The notes below the pieces were generated by a model, which had not been told where the DNA came from, searched no databases, and worked only from the letters and a program-made list of their open reading frames with translations. From NCBI GenBank assembly GCA_977016875.1, contig CDRNST010000151.1:1674001-1738000 (forward strand): 64,000 bases of DNA, read 5' to 3'. The DNA is from Pavona decussata (taxonomy: Eukaryota). Position numbers and translations under genes: made by a program. This document shows, one piece after another, positions 11,311 to 22,651 of the stretch (position 1 is the first letter of the stretch; each line of letters begins with the position of its first letter).

Positions 11311-11706
11311 ATGAACAGACTGTATTTTTTCCTGGTGCGTGGCTGCGCTCAAACACTTGTACAGCCTACCTCTTTGCCAATCGTTTCCTCTCACCATTGG
11401 TTGGATGTTTTGAAAGAAATAGGAGCCATGCCCTGGGGTAGGCTGATGAGCTTTTATGCTTATATGGCTCGAAGCAACGCACCTCTGAGAGAACAATATG
11501 CATTTCACCTAATGTTATGTGATACGTATCCATCTCATTATCCTACTCCCTGGTGGATGATTCGCCAACTAATAAAGACTCCTTGGTTAATGTTATGGAA
11601 AAGGATAAAAGGCGGACGGAACAAGTTACATTGGTCATTCGTTAGACAGCCATGGGCAGTGCTACAAGTCGTCTTTGTGCAAGTTCAACTCCTACCCTGG
11701 CTTTAA
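11311..11706 (+). CDS. Putative viral Bcl-2-like protein (131 aa)
   Basis: Own TATAAG (~11257); BH1-like VLKEIGAMPWGRLMSFYAY; BH2-like WKRIKGGR (CGG one base from TGG); hydrophobic C-terminus. Confidence 0.45.
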   Translation: MNRLYFFLVRGCAQTLVQPTSLPIVSSHHWLDVLKEIGAMPWGRLMSFYAYMARSNAPLREQYAFHLMLCDTYPSHYPTPWWMIRQLIKTPWLMLWKRIKGGRNKLHWSFVRQPWAVLQVVFVQVQLLPWL

Positions 11707-11861
11707 GTGATATATGCCAGAGGATGCGATGTTTAGTTGCATGTTGCGGTAGTCAAGTACACATCGATGTAAGAGATGCCACAGAAGAATACGAAGAGGG
11801 AAACGAGGAAGACGAATACCAAAGATCACACGAATCGTTTACTAGAGAAACTGTATTATGA
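11652..11861 (+). CDS. Small Cys-Cys protein with N-myristoylation motif
   Basis: MGSATSRLC...MRCLVACCGSQV plus acidic tail; similar ORFs at 23892-24206 and 43880-44266. Confidence 0.6.
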   Translation: MGSATSRLCASSTPTLALSDICQRMRCLVACCGSQVHIDVRDATEEYEEGNEEDEYQRSHESFTRETVL

Positions 11862-13600
11862 ATTTGATCGCCCTTCCGCCTTAGGTGGAGTACAAAAATT
11901 GTATCGAGCAGCACGTCAGTATGGACTAACCCGCTTACAAGTTCTTCAGTGGTTGCAACAACAACCTGGCTACACTCTCCACAAACCAGCAAGAAAACGC
12001 TTTCGTCGCAATAGAGTATTTGTCAACGGTTTGGATGAACAGTGGCAAGCGGATCAGGCAGATCTTCAGAGTTTGAGTCGCTGGAACAGTGGTCATAAAT
12101 ACTTGTTGACTTGCATTGATGTCCTATCCAAGTATGCGTGGGTGGTTCCATTGAAATCTAAGTCTGCTTCGGCTTTGGTAGCGGCCTTTACAAACATATT
12201 TAAGCAAGGATGTAAACCAGAAAGGTTGCAGACAGATGCAGGGACGGAATTCATGAACCGTAGCTTTCAAACATTTCTCAAGAGTCATGATGTTCGTCAT
12301 TTTGTCACATACAACAAATTACATACAGAATTTTTATATGATAACGTCTATTTTGTTCGTTATAGGTGGATAGACAGCTTTATTTCAACAGGGTAACTCT
12401 TTCAGCAAAAACTACTACCATTATTAGACCCTAAATACAATAACCTGCCATACTAGCAGTGAAAGAATAGAATAGAATAGAATAGATACTTTATTCAGAC
12501 ATTGCAGCCATGGGCTAAATTACATCTTGACTAACAATCATAAAAGTGAAAAAATAGAATTAAAAATAGACCACAAGGTTAAAAAATTAATTAAAATGTT
12601 CATAAGCTGTATGCTTTGCTCCTAACAAAACTCTTCTTACAACGAACGGTCTTACAAAGGGGGCGACCGAACCCTCTCGAGTTTCTGAGCGAGTAATCGC
12701 CATTGTTTGTTGCTGGGAGAAGCTTGTGGAGCCTATGCTGCGGATTTGAGAGGACAACTAATCCACCTGACGATTTTATACGCTTATCGCGGCGAATTTG
12801 ATCGTCAGCGAAAATCGAACGATTGATGCCGACACACCTGGCAATGGTTTTCACCGACAGTCGCAGGGATGTGGCAGTTTTGTAAACTCATGTGATAAAA
12901 TCTCCCAACCTGATGGATTGGCTTTACTGGCGATTCGCAGCAATAAAAGTAGAAAATCGCAGGAACGGGTACACTTGGCGAATGCCGGTGAATTTAATTT
13001 CCGATATCTGACATTGCAGATATCGTCATTGTTGACGCAAGCAAGCGCTTTGCAGCCCATAGGAAAAATCAAGTGAAAATAATCATATTTTGTAGAAACA
13101 CAAGTAAAACGTTATCCTTTATTCAATTAACTCGTTAAAAAGCGTGATTTAAAAAAAAAATGTCGCAGACAATTCCTTTTGTCTTGAAATTAATGAATAA
13201 CGCTTGTTTATTCACAGGTGCAAAAAGAAAAAAGCTAAATCGCGTTTGACGTCACAAACAAACCTTTTAACTGTTGGGGGGGGGTAGTTAAGATTCATTC
13301 TTGTAAAGAACATTTTATTTCTTGGGCTACGGCAAAACAGTAATAATTATGGAGACAAAGTGTAAGACAAAGGCGCAAGTAGTTGAACGATTCAACAGAA
13401 CCTTGAAACATCTTCTATGGCGATTATTTACTATGAGCAGCTCGTATCATTACCTGGACAAGTTAGCCAAGTTGGTCAATGACAACTACAATCAGAGCGT
13501 ACATCGTAGTATAAAAATGAAACCCGCAGATGTGACAGTTTTTAATGCCCAAGACATATGGAGAACCTTGTATGGTAAACAGACCTCGACCATAAAGTAT
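11776..13600 (+). pseudogene. int: Retroviral-type (rve) integrase of Polinton A, split by insertion 12318-13366, C-terminus deleted
   Basis: LEKLYY..., WQADQADL, LTCIDVLSKYAW, QTDAGTEF, HFVTYN | TKAQVVERFNRTLK...HRSIKMKP. Confidence 0.93.
12465..12790 (-). mobile_element. LINE (CR1/L2-group) 3' fragment inside the integrase
   Basis: NPQHRLHKLLP...YSLR...CKTVRCKKSFV C-terminus, AATAAA and (CTATT)n tail. Confidence 0.7.
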
Positions 13601-13837
13601 GATACAGGAATGCAAATTGCAAAAGATGTCATCAAGGGTCAGTCTTTGAAGAAAGCAGCGAAAGCGAGGGCAAAGACTGCCGGTAAACAGTTTCTGACAG
13701 GTGCTTTTCAGGACCTTACGCAACAAGGTGGTGGGGGAAGACTACTTAAGCGCAAACGAAAAGCGACTCCTGCCAGTTCAAGACAGACCAAGAAACGGAG
13801 AACATCACCTTTAAAGTTCAAGACCATTTTCGACTAA
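13601..13837 (+). pseudogene. C-terminal half of basic virion core-like protein, fused in frame to the integrase
   Basis: GMQIAKDVIKGQSLKKAAKARA...QQGGGG...RKRK...TIFD* directly before MCP; GG protease-site-like motif. Confidence 0.7.
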
Positions 13838-13839
13838 AG

Positions 13840-15166
13840 ATGACCTCAGCTCACCCTCCCTCTGCCCCCGGTGAAAATTCGAGCTTACAGTTATTTCAAG
13901 TACCGGTCACAGATGTTTCCATTCTTAAAAGTAAATGGGTGGATTATGAACCAGTTCAAAGTGGAACCAACCCTATCGAGTTTGTCATCAAGCCTCTATC
14001 TGATTACATTGACATCAACAAAACAACTGCGATTGGTGGTGAAGATTACCAAACGAAATGGAGGGGATACAGGGGGTGGAAAGAAGTATACTTTGATCAA
14101 CAACGCGCTTCATTCGCTCATCAAACAGTTTACCATCAAGTTGAACGAAACACTTGTCACAGAACAGTCCGACACGCAAGCGTACATTGCCTACATCAAG
14201 ACCTTGCTTAATTTTACTGAACAGGCAAAGAAATCTTACCTAACCAAAGCATTGTACTACAAAGACACAGCAGGACATATAGATGTAGTAGGCAACACTT
14301 CTGACAATAACTGGGGGCTCAAGAAGAGGGGTGCATTTACCAATGCTAGTGCTGAAGTAGGGCTGGTTGGTGTACCCCTGTGTTATCTGTTGAACACCAA
14401 TGAGCTGCTGCTGGACAACATAGAAATCAAAATCAAGATTGATCTAAACGGCGATGAATTTGTTCTAATGAGTGGAGAAGAGGCGAATGATTGCAAGATA
14501 AAGATAATGTCAAATACTCTCAGAGTCCACACGGTACGCGTAGCTGACAGTACCAAACTATAGGATGTTAGTATCATGCAAGGACCGTCAGGACAAAAAG
14601 CCTTACCTGCTATCTACATGCTGACAAGGACCCCAACACACGCGAGGATTATCCCCAGGGGTGTGCTGAATCATACGGAGACGGATCTCTTCAACGGACT
14701 TATTCCTCAATGCATCATATTTGGAATGGTGCGAAATGATGCTTACAATGGTAGCTTGGCAAGAAATCCGTTCAATTTTCAGCTGTTTGATGTGAATGCA
14801 GTACAACTGACGGTCAATGGTGAAGAAATCCCTTATTCAGTGATAGATTTGGCAGGAGGAAAGAGAATCGATGGGTACAATACACTCTTCTCAGGCAGTG
14901 GTGAAATGAACTGTGGTCATGGTATTGATATTGACAGAGAGGATTGGGAAGGTGGATACGGCTTATTCCGCTTGGATACCACTCCTGCAGGTAGTGGCCA
15001 CCCAGATCACCTGATACCTCATCGCAGCGGCAACGTCAATTTGCATCTGAAATTTGGAACCCGGACACCAGAAGTTTTGAACTTAATCGTATACCCAGAA
15101 TTCCAAAATCATTTGGAGATTGCCCGCAATAGACGCTTGGTATACGATCTGTCTCAAGGTGCTTGA
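13840..15166 (+). pseudogene. MCP: Double jelly-roll major capsid protein
   Basis: LQLFQVPVTDVSI, PIEFVI, NNALHSLIKQ, YYKDTAG, AYNGSLARNPFNFQ; frameshift ~14025, stop 14561. Confidence 0.92.
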
Positions 15167-15168
15167 AG

Positions 15169-15698
15169 ATGCATACCACTCAAGAATTATGGCAAGCCTC
15201 AATACACGATCCTGTCCTAGCACCCGTCATGAAAGGAGTATTTCCAAGTGAGAAGTTACCAATCGTTGATACGTATCCTTCAGCAATGATTGCAAATACA
15301 AATCCTCATGATCAACCTGGAACGCATTGGATTGTGATGTACTTTGTATCGCCTCAAGAAAGCGAATTCTTTGACAGCTATGGATTCCTCCTGAGAGCTA
15401 TGGTATGGATGGATACGTACTGAGGGAAACAACATATTACAATGACAAGCCAATGCAAGGCTTAACCTCAGATGTGTGTGGAGACTATTCCCTGTTTTAC
15501 TTACTTCATCGAGCACGCAATATAGATTTAAACACTATTCAAAATAAATTTCTGCGATATGATTCACAATGGAACAATTCACAAGTAGCACAATTTGTAC
15601 ACACCTACATTCAGTCATTAACGAATGTTAGGAATGAAAACGTCTCACAATGTGAGGAGCAAGCTTGTAAATCTTTCAAATGTTGGCGTAATCAATAA
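15169..15698 (+). pseudogene. Adenain-like cysteine maturation protease
   Basis: GVFPS, NTNPHDQPGTHW, EFFDSYG, MQGLTSDVCGDY; frameshift ~15390. Confidence 0.92.
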
Positions 15699-15813
15699 AT
15701 AAAGTTTTGTTGATGTTAAAATGAATGATGTGTGCGCATCTTTGATATATCACTTTAAAAAGGAACATCGATCAACAAGTTATCATAACGTTGCTGCTTT
15801 TCATTGCGAGAAG

Positions 15814-16489
15814 ATGTCCCAATTCAAATGTCCAAGCAGTATTATGATAGCAGGGCCAAGTCAGTGTGGCAAGACGACGTTTACAAAACAGTTACTTTAA
15901 CAAGCGGATTCTTTATTTGAACGGCCTATTCGTAAAATTGTATATTGCTATGGACAATGGCAGGAATGTTTTAGGAACATGACAGCTCAAGTGACATTTG
16001 TAGAGGGTATTCCCGAAGATATTCCTAGTTTATTTCCAGCAAACTGCCGACCAGGAATACTCGTACTGGATGACTTAATGAGAAATTGCAGTGATGACGG
16101 ACGTATTCTCGATCTGTTTACTAAGGTGTCTCATCACTGTGATGTAACCTGTGTATTTGACCCAGAACCTTTTTCCACCTGGAAAGTTTTCGCGGAGTAT
16201 CTCTCTGAATGCCCACTTCATTATTGCTTTTAACAACCCTCGCGATACGCTGGGTTTTCGAACATTGGCTCAGCAGGCATTCGCAGGAAATGTACCTTAC
16301 GTATGGGAAAGCTTTCAAGATGCGACGTCAAACCCATTCGGTTATCTTGTCTTGGACTTACATCCTCATACCCAAAATATTCAACGGTTACGGACAAGGA
16401 TATTGCCAACGTCACATTCTTATCCCGTGATTTACGTAGACAAGAAATGTGATAAAACAGAAGAACCACTACCGGTGGATTTCAGTTAA
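15814..16489 (+). pseudogene. A32/FtsK-like genome packaging ATPase
   Basis: Walker A GPSQCGKT, Walker B LVLDDLM, SHH, TQNLF, ISLNAH, NPRD; stop 15898, frameshift ~16150. Confidence 0.93.
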
Positions 16490-16545
16490 CGTGATGACTT
16501 CCTGCAGGTCACGTCGCACAGCGAGTTGTTAGGAAAAGTGTTCAA

Positions 16546-17070
16546 ATGAAGCACGCGCAAAAGATGGTACCTGAAGATTTATTGCAAAGTATGGAAACAG
16601 AACACCGGTTGACGGCTCCTGCGCAGCTTCCCACTTTGACATGTTTAGATCAAGAAATGAAAAACATCATGGACTCGTCTTTACCTGAAGATCAAAAAGT
16701 GCTACTGTTGGATCAACTTTTGCAAAGGTATCAAGGGTTGGCAAAACAGATGAAAACTGAAGCGACTGTGAAACCAGCAGTGGTGATGCCTAAGTCAGAG
16801 CCATTACCTGCTAAGGAGTCTACCCCCAAACCACAGACAAAATCTACCAAAGTCTCTAAACCATTGAGAGGTACTCCTCTCAGTACTAAAGGGTCAAAAA
16901 TTCCCATCCGAATCGAAACACCGTCTTCCATTTCAACTGAAGAATCAGCACATGCACTCATGATGGATACACCACCAGATTCCAGGCGTAAAACAGGAAA
17001 ACGTCGTTACAAGGCAAGAACACCCTTGGTAGCGAGGTTACGAAGCAATACACAATGGGAACCGTACTAA
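16546..17070 (+). CDS. Conserved Polinton structural-type protein (family label uncertain)
   Basis: MKHAQKMV, LDQEMKNIM...LPEDQKVLLLDQLLQRY and terminal WEPY, a pattern recognised from animal Polintons. Confidence 0.7.
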   Translation: MKHAQKMVPEDLLQSMETEHRLTAPAQLPTLTCLDQEMKNIMDSSLPEDQKVLLLDQLLQRYQGLAKQMKTEATVKPAVVMPKSEPLPAKESTPKPQTKSTKVSKPLRGTPLSTKGSKIPIRIETPSSISTEESAHALMMDTPPDSRRKTGKRRYKARTPLVARLRSNTQWEPY

Positions 17071-17147
17071 ACTGGAAAAACCTGTTTACCTAAAGAGAAA
17101 GATATAAACCAGAAGGATATGCTTGCTATGGTTATTGAGTCCAGATC

Positions 17148-17534
17148 ATGGCACCAAACATAGTTGAAAATAAAAGCAACTATTGTGACGAGGAGAAAAT
17201 AAAGGAATCGTACTGGATCTGTTTTGCGTTCTTGGTGTATGAGGACATTTTTAAAAAGGAACAACTTTCATTGCATGATCATCGAAACGTGACGTCATGT
17301 TTGAAGGAAGCAGCTTTGGATAAATATCGCAGCAATGTTTATTGGTTGTGGTACGATTTATTAGATGTGTTGGATGCAGTGGCACCGTATGAACAAGACT
17401 GGATCGATAACACACAACCACATGAAGAGCGGAAACACATTGAGAAAGTGCTTCTGCAACCTGACCAGTTTTGCAAAACCTGTTGGTACTGGTTAGACTT
17501 GATCATTAACGACACTGATGAGGCTGACAGGTGA
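17148..17534 (+). CDS. Hypothetical Polinton protein (128 aa)
   Basis: Intact ORF with CxxC (FCKTCW). Confidence 0.55.
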   Translation: MAPNIVENKSNYCDEEKIKESYWICFAFLVYEDIFKKEQLSLHDHRNVTSCLKEAALDKYRSNVYWLWYDLLDVLDAVAPYEQDWIDNTQPHEERKHIEKVLLQPDQFCKTCWYWLDLIINDTDEADR

Positions 17535-17864
17535 TAAACTGGTTTTTAAAAACTGTATAAAGTGACCGTGACTTTGATCATTACACATCACTTTCAACTG
17601 ACTGCTACCAAGAAACACTTACAAGATGAGTTACTCAAAATATGGACTCTGCCTCCAAGACCTCGAAGTGATCATACCTGCCTCTAGTATAGCCTACATT
17701 CGGTGTTCAAATTGGAAAGAATGTCCGTTCTTCTGCCCTGAAGAGAGTATCCATGGCTATCAACAATGCGTGTGTGACTGTGTGATCCCTGAGTACAAAG
17801 TATGTGAAGGTGGTAAGCCGCTACTGTGCAAGCACATGGACACGCCTACGTTAAGGGTGTCAAG

Positions 17865-18037
17865 TGTTACAATATTGTTATTGCGTGACACTGTCACAGC
17901 CTCGTGGCATGCCTACGTCACAGTCTCGTTTTCAATAAAAACTTACTTGTTTGAACCGCCATCTTGAATGTGAGCTAATCTTCTTCTCTCATCGTCTGTT
18001 CGTCCGCTAAGGAAGACTACGCGTTCAACTTGTTACA
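17865..18037 (+). repeat. 5' LTR
   Basis: TGTTAC...TTACA followed by PBS. Confidence 0.9.
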
Positions 18038-18205
18038 TGGTGGCAGCGAGGGATAAAGAACAACTTCGTCAGTGACTACTGCTGTCGTCAATTCTCCGAA
18101 CCTTTAAAAACTCGCTGTTTGCTCCACGCATCTCTGCTGTTGCACGTGGACCTTCGCTGACCTTCGCAACTCGTAAGTCGCTCTTTTCAAAAAAATCGTC
18201 TAAAT

Positions 18206-21200
18206 ATGCCCAACAATGAAGCTCCCGGTGCTGAGGCGCCCATTGCTGAGGCCCCCGGTGCTGAGCCCAACGAAGCACCACGTTTTCGCCGTCCTCAAGT
18301 TTCTGCTCCAAAGCCTCTCGAAGTTGACGGCGATCGTGCTGATAATTGGAAAATATGGAAACAACGATGGGACAACTACTGCATAATCACTGGCCTCCTC
18401 GACCAACCTGAAGATTACAAGTGTGCTATGCTTCTCCATAGTATTGGAATTGAAGCCATGCGGATTTTTAATGGTCTAAAGTTCGGCGATGGTGAAGACC
18501 GAAACAAAATGGCCGATATTATTAAGAAGTTTGACCAACACTTTCTGGGACAAACCCAAGAGTTCTTTGAGCGTTTCCAATTTAACCGACGAAATCAGGA
18601 ATCCGGTGAGTCGATCGACGAGTATATGTCCGTACTCAGAAACATGGCTAAAACTTGTGGGTTTTGTGACTGTATGCGTGAACTGTTGATAATGGATCGT
18701 TTGCTACTTGGAATCTTGGATGACAAAACGCGGGAAGAACTACTCTCCACGCACGATTTAACCCTCATGAAAGCTATCGAGATATGCCGCGCTCGGGAAG
18801 CCGCAACCCTTCACATGAAAGCTTTGAAAAGTGAAGAAATCAACAAAGTCAAGGAAACTCCAAAACAAAAGAAGCATGTGAAGCACAGGGACCCCACTAA
18901 AAGCAAACCTCGCCAAACAGAAGACCCACGCGCAGTCACGAAGAAGTGCCATTTCTGCACTCAAGTTCATGTTATGAGAAAGGAATCTTGCCCTGCCTGG
19001 GGAAAGGTGTGCACATCCTGTGGTGGAAAGAACCATTTCTCTGCTTCAAGGAAATGTAAACGTCGAAGCGTTCATGGTGTGATGGATGACTACGCCTCTG
19101 ACTCATCGAACAGTAGCACTGGAACTATCAGCGCTATAACAGCTGAGCTGTGTCACGATGTTAATTCTGTACAACCCCAGCACCAACTGATCTACTGCGA
19201 AATGGAGATTAACCAACAACCTGTGAAGCTTCAGGTTGACTGCGGTGCAACTGTTTGCATTCTGCCCAAACGTTACCTTGGAAACCTCCAAATTCGCCCT
19301 GAGATTGTCAACCTTCAGATGTGGAACAAGTCGTCTGTTAAAGCCCTCGGTAAATGCAAAGTGTACGTCAGAAACCCGGCTACAAAGCAAAAGTTCAAGG
19401 TTGACTTTGTCGTTGTTGACAAGGATCTCACCCCACTGCTCAGTGGCAATGCAGCGCAGGCAATGGGTCTCATCACAGTAAACTATGACAACTTCAAGGT
19501 GGTTAACACTGTCTCCTCAGCTGATCACTACTATGTTCAGCAGTTTCCTGATGCCTCCAAGGACACACCAGGCACTCTTCCTGGCAAGAAGGTACACTTG
19601 ACCACTGAGGATGGAGCCGTCCCGGTCGTGCGTTGTGCTCGTACCCTCCCGGAAGCTAGGAAGGATGTTGTTAAAGCTGAACTTCAGCGACTCGTAAACG
19701 AGGCAATAATCGTACCAGTAGACGAGCCCACTGACTGGGTCAGTCAAATGTCCGTAGCTGAGAAGAAGTCTGGCATTCGCATCTGCATAGACCCCAGGCC
19801 ACTCAATGAGGTGCTAAAGCGTGAGCACTACAAGCTCCCAGTCCTAGAAGATGTACTACCAGAGCTCACCTCAGCCTGCAAGTTTTCAGTATGTGACCTC
19901 AAGTCAGGCTACCTCCACTGCGAACTGGACTACGAGTCAAGCCTGCTGACCTCTTTTGCAACTCCATTTGGGCGTTACCGCTGGCTCCGCCTCCCATTTG
20001 GCTTGAAAGTAAGCAGTGAAATCTTCCAGAAGAGGCTCCATCAAGCCCTGGAAGGTCTAGAAGGCGTCCGCTGCATAGCCGACGATGTAATCATCTGGGG
20101 TCGCACAGATGATGAACACGATGACAGAGTTCGCCTCTTCCTCCAACGCTGTAGCGAAATTGGAATCTCCCTGAACAAAGAGAAGTGTCGCTTCGGTTTG
20201 CACGAAATTCCGTTCATGGGCCATGTCGTCAGCAACGCCGGCCTTAAACCTGACCCATCTAAGATAGAAGCTGTCGTGAAGATGGACGCTCCAACCGACA
20301 AGGCAGGTGTCGAAAGGCTTAGAGGAACTGTGAACTATTTATCAAAGTTCGTTCCCAAACTCTCTGAAATAATGCGACCTATCAACGACCTCACTCGTCC
20401 CGACACTGAATGGACTTGGGACTCTGTTCATGACAAAGCCTTTGAGGAACTCAAGCACCAACTAACGCAAGCACCGGTGCTGGCCTACTTCGACCCAACC
20501 AAAGAATTATCTATACAGTGTGATGCTAGCGGGCAAGGTCTAGGAGCGGCACTCCTTCAAGAAGGACAGCCACTAGCATATGCCAGCAGAGCCCTAAGCG
20601 ACACCGAGACCAGATATGCTACCATCGAGAAGGAAATGCTGGCCATTGTGTTCGCCCTGGAAAAGTGGCACCAATACACCTTTGGACGACCTGTCACGGT
20701 ATATTCTGATCACAAGCCCCTAGAGGCCATCACAAAAAAACCACTTGACAGAGCTCCCAAGCGTCTTCAAGGGATGCTGGTACGGGCCCTAGCCTACGAC
20801 ATCAAAGTACAGTACCTCAATGGCAAAGAAATGTTCCTAGCAGACACCCTTAGCAGGGCATTTCTTCCCAAAGCCAGTGAAGATGCGCAAGACGAGTTTG
20901 AAACCATCAACGCCCTCACGTACCTAGTCATGTCTGATGAGAGAATTCGTGAGATCCGCCAGCACACCAGCAATGATCCGGCTCTACAACAGCTGAAGCG
21001 GACTATCCAAGAAGGCTGGCCAGACGACAAACTAGCACTATATCCCCTCGTTACACCTTACTTCAGCATTCGTGATGAATTAGCAGTCACCGATGGCTTG
21101 GTCTTCCGTGGAGAAAGACTGGTGATCCCCAAGAGCATGAGATCAGAAATTAAGAAGGACATACACAGCGGTCACCAAGGTGTTGAGTCATGCTTACGAA

Positions 21201-22309
21201 GGGCACGCGAACATGTATTCTGGCCCGGCATGAACAAAGAGCTGAAGGAGTGGATCCAAACCTGTGGAACATGCAGAGAATTTGAGCAGACCCACTGTAA
21301 GGAGACACTTATGAGCCATGACATTCCCGAGAGAGCATGGGAGAAGATCGCTGCTGATCTGTTCACCGACAAGAACAGAGACTATCTCATCACAGTCTGC
21401 TACAGGTCCAACTTCTGGGAGTTAGACCGCCTATACGACACCAAGTCTTCGACTGTCATTAAGAAGCTAAAAGCTCACCTCGCCAGATATGGTATTCCTA
21501 AACAGTTGGTTAGCGATAACGGCCCCCAGTTTGATTCCAATGAATTCAAGAAGTTCACCAAGAGCTGGGGCATCGAGCACACGACAACCTCACCCCATCA
21601 CAGCAAAGCCAATGGCAAAGTGGAGTCGGCGGTGAAAGTTGCCAAGCGAATGCTACGCAAGACTACCAAGTCAGGAGAAGACCAGTACTTGGCCCTGCTT
21701 AACATCAGGAACGTACCTACACAAGGCGTAGACAGCAGCCCAGCCCAAAGACTTCTGGGGAGGAGAACCAGAACCCTATTACCAACCACACAGTCCTTGC
21801 TCGAGCCGAAGACTCCAGTAAGTTCTCATGAATCTGAGCAACTACGCCTAAACCAAATGAGGCAGGCGAAATACTACAACCGCTCTGCTCATGACCTGCC
21901 TGTACTGAAGGCAGGTGACACTGTTCGCATGAAACCATTTGTGCTTGGTCAGAAATCATGGGACAAAGCTGAAGTGACCAAAAGGCTTGACGAGAGATCT
22001 TATGAAATTCAGTCAGCTGGAACCACCTACAGACGCAACAGACAGCACCTGGTCAAGACTGCTGAACCCTCTGTCCAGCCGGACATCTCTGAACAACCCA
22101 GACCTGACACAAACGTTGGAAGTGACCAGTCAGCCCACCAGCAATCTCAAGCCCCTGCTGTGGAGGCCAGTCCAGAGCAGGAGCATGTGCAGACCAGTCC
22201 AAGGACACACCCTACAGGAGAGAAAGGCGCTACAACCTCCCCTAGGCGCACCCGTTCCGGACGCATCATAAGAGAACCAGCGAAGCTAAGCGACTATGTC
22301 AGGATTTGA
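18206..22309 (+). CDS. Gag-Pol polyprotein (1367 aa)
   Basis: Zn knuckles, protease VDCGA, RT IADD, RNase H CDAS/EKEML/DHKPL, integrase HHCC and ADLF/SDNG/ESAV. Confidence 0.97.
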   Translation: MPNNEAPGAEAPIAEAPGAEPNEAPRFRRPQVSAPKPLEVDGDRADNWKIWKQRWDNYCIITGLLDQPEDYKCAMLLHSIGIEAMRIFNGLKFGDGEDRNKMADIIKKFDQHFLGQTQEFFERFQFNRRNQESGESIDEYMSVLRNMAKTCGFCDCMRELLIMDRLLLGILDDKTREELLSTHDLTLMKAIEICRAREAATLHMKALKSEEINKVKETPKQKKHVKHRDPTKSKPRQTEDPRAVTKKCHFCTQVHVMRKESCPAWGKVCTSCGGKNHFSASRKCKRRSVHGVMDDYASDSSNSSTGTISAITAELCHDVNSVQPQHQLIYCEMEINQQPVKLQVDCGATVCILPKRYLGNLQIRPEIVNLQMWNKSSVKALGKCKVYVRNPATKQKFKVDFVVVDKDLTPLLSGNAAQAMGLITVNYDNFKVVNTVSSADHYYVQQFPDASKDTPGTLPGKKVHLTTEDGAVPVVRCARTLPEARKDVVKAELQRLVNEAIIVPVDEPTDWVSQMSVAEKKSGIRICIDPRPLNEVLKREHYKLPVLEDVLPELTSACKFSVCDLKSGYLHCELDYESSLLTSFATPFGRYRWLRLPFGLKVSSEIFQKRLHQALEGLEGVRCIADDVIIWGRTDDEHDDRVRLFLQRCSEIGISLNKEKCRFGLHEIPFMGHVVSNAGLKPDPSKIEAVVKMDAPTDKAGVERLRGTVNYLSKFVPKLSEIMRPINDLTRPDTEWTWDSVHDKAFEELKHQLTQAPVLAYFDPTKELSIQCDASGQGLGAALLQEGQPLAYASRALSDTETRYATIEKEMLAIVFALEKWHQYTFGRPVTVYSDHKPLEAITKKPLDRAPKRLQGMLVRALAYDIKVQYLNGKEMFLADTLSRAFLPKASEDAQDEFETINALTYLVMSDERIREIRQHTSNDPALQQLKRTIQEGWPDDKLALYPLVTPYFSIRDELAVTDGLVFRGERLVIPKSMRSEIKKDIHSGHQGVESCLRRAREHVFWPGMNKELKEWIQTCGTCREFEQTHCKETLMSHDIPERAWEKIAADLFTDKNRDYLITVCYRSNFWELDRLYDTKSSTVIKKLKAHLARYGIPKQLVSDNGPQFDSNEFKKFTKSWGIEHTTTSPHHSKANGKVESAVKVAKRMLRKTTKSGEDQYLALLNIRNVPTQGVDSSPAQRLLGRRTRTLLPTTQSLLEPKTPVSSHESEQLRLNQMRQAKYYNRSAHDLPVLKAGDTVRMKPFVLGQKSWDKAEVTKRLDERSYEIQSAGTTYRRNRQHLVKTAEPSVQPDISEQPRPDTNVGSDQSAHQQSQAPAVEASPEQEHVQTSPRTHPTGEKGATTSPRRTRSGRIIREPAKLSDYVRI

Positions 22310-22486
22310 ACTGTTCTCTTTGCAAGACACATTGAGGCTTTGACAGCGCATTTCATGCTGCTGCCAATTGACTGTGAACACTATAGTACAAAGTTGTTGT
22401 TGTTGTTTTTTTTTCTACCACTTATTACTCGCCAGTTCTAGGTTATTAGGAAAATTTTGTTTAAAAAAAAAAAAAAATGGGGAGGA

Positions 22487-22651
22487 TGTTACAATATTGT
22501 TATTGCGTGACACTGTCACAGCCTCGTGGCATGCCTACGTCACAGTCTCGTTTTCAATAAAAACTTACTTGTTTGAACCGCCATCTTGAATGTGAGCTAA
22601 TCTTCTTCTCTCATCGTCTGTTCGTCCGCTAAGGAAGACTACGCGTTCAAC
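22487..22651 (+). repeat. 3' LTR (terminal 8 bp missing)
   Basis: 165 bp identical to 17865-18029. Confidence 0.9.

Larger units (their letters stand above)
17865..22651 (+). mobile_element. Ty3/Gypsy LTR retrotransposon (Mag-like), young
   Basis: Identical LTR copies, PBS TGGTGGCAGCG at 18038, purine tract before 22487, single intact gag-pol ORF. Confidence 0.97.

Noticed and set aside
22368-22589. ORF sharing its C-terminus with 17626-17967; possible env
   Set aside because: The shared part is LTR read-through; too short, no env features
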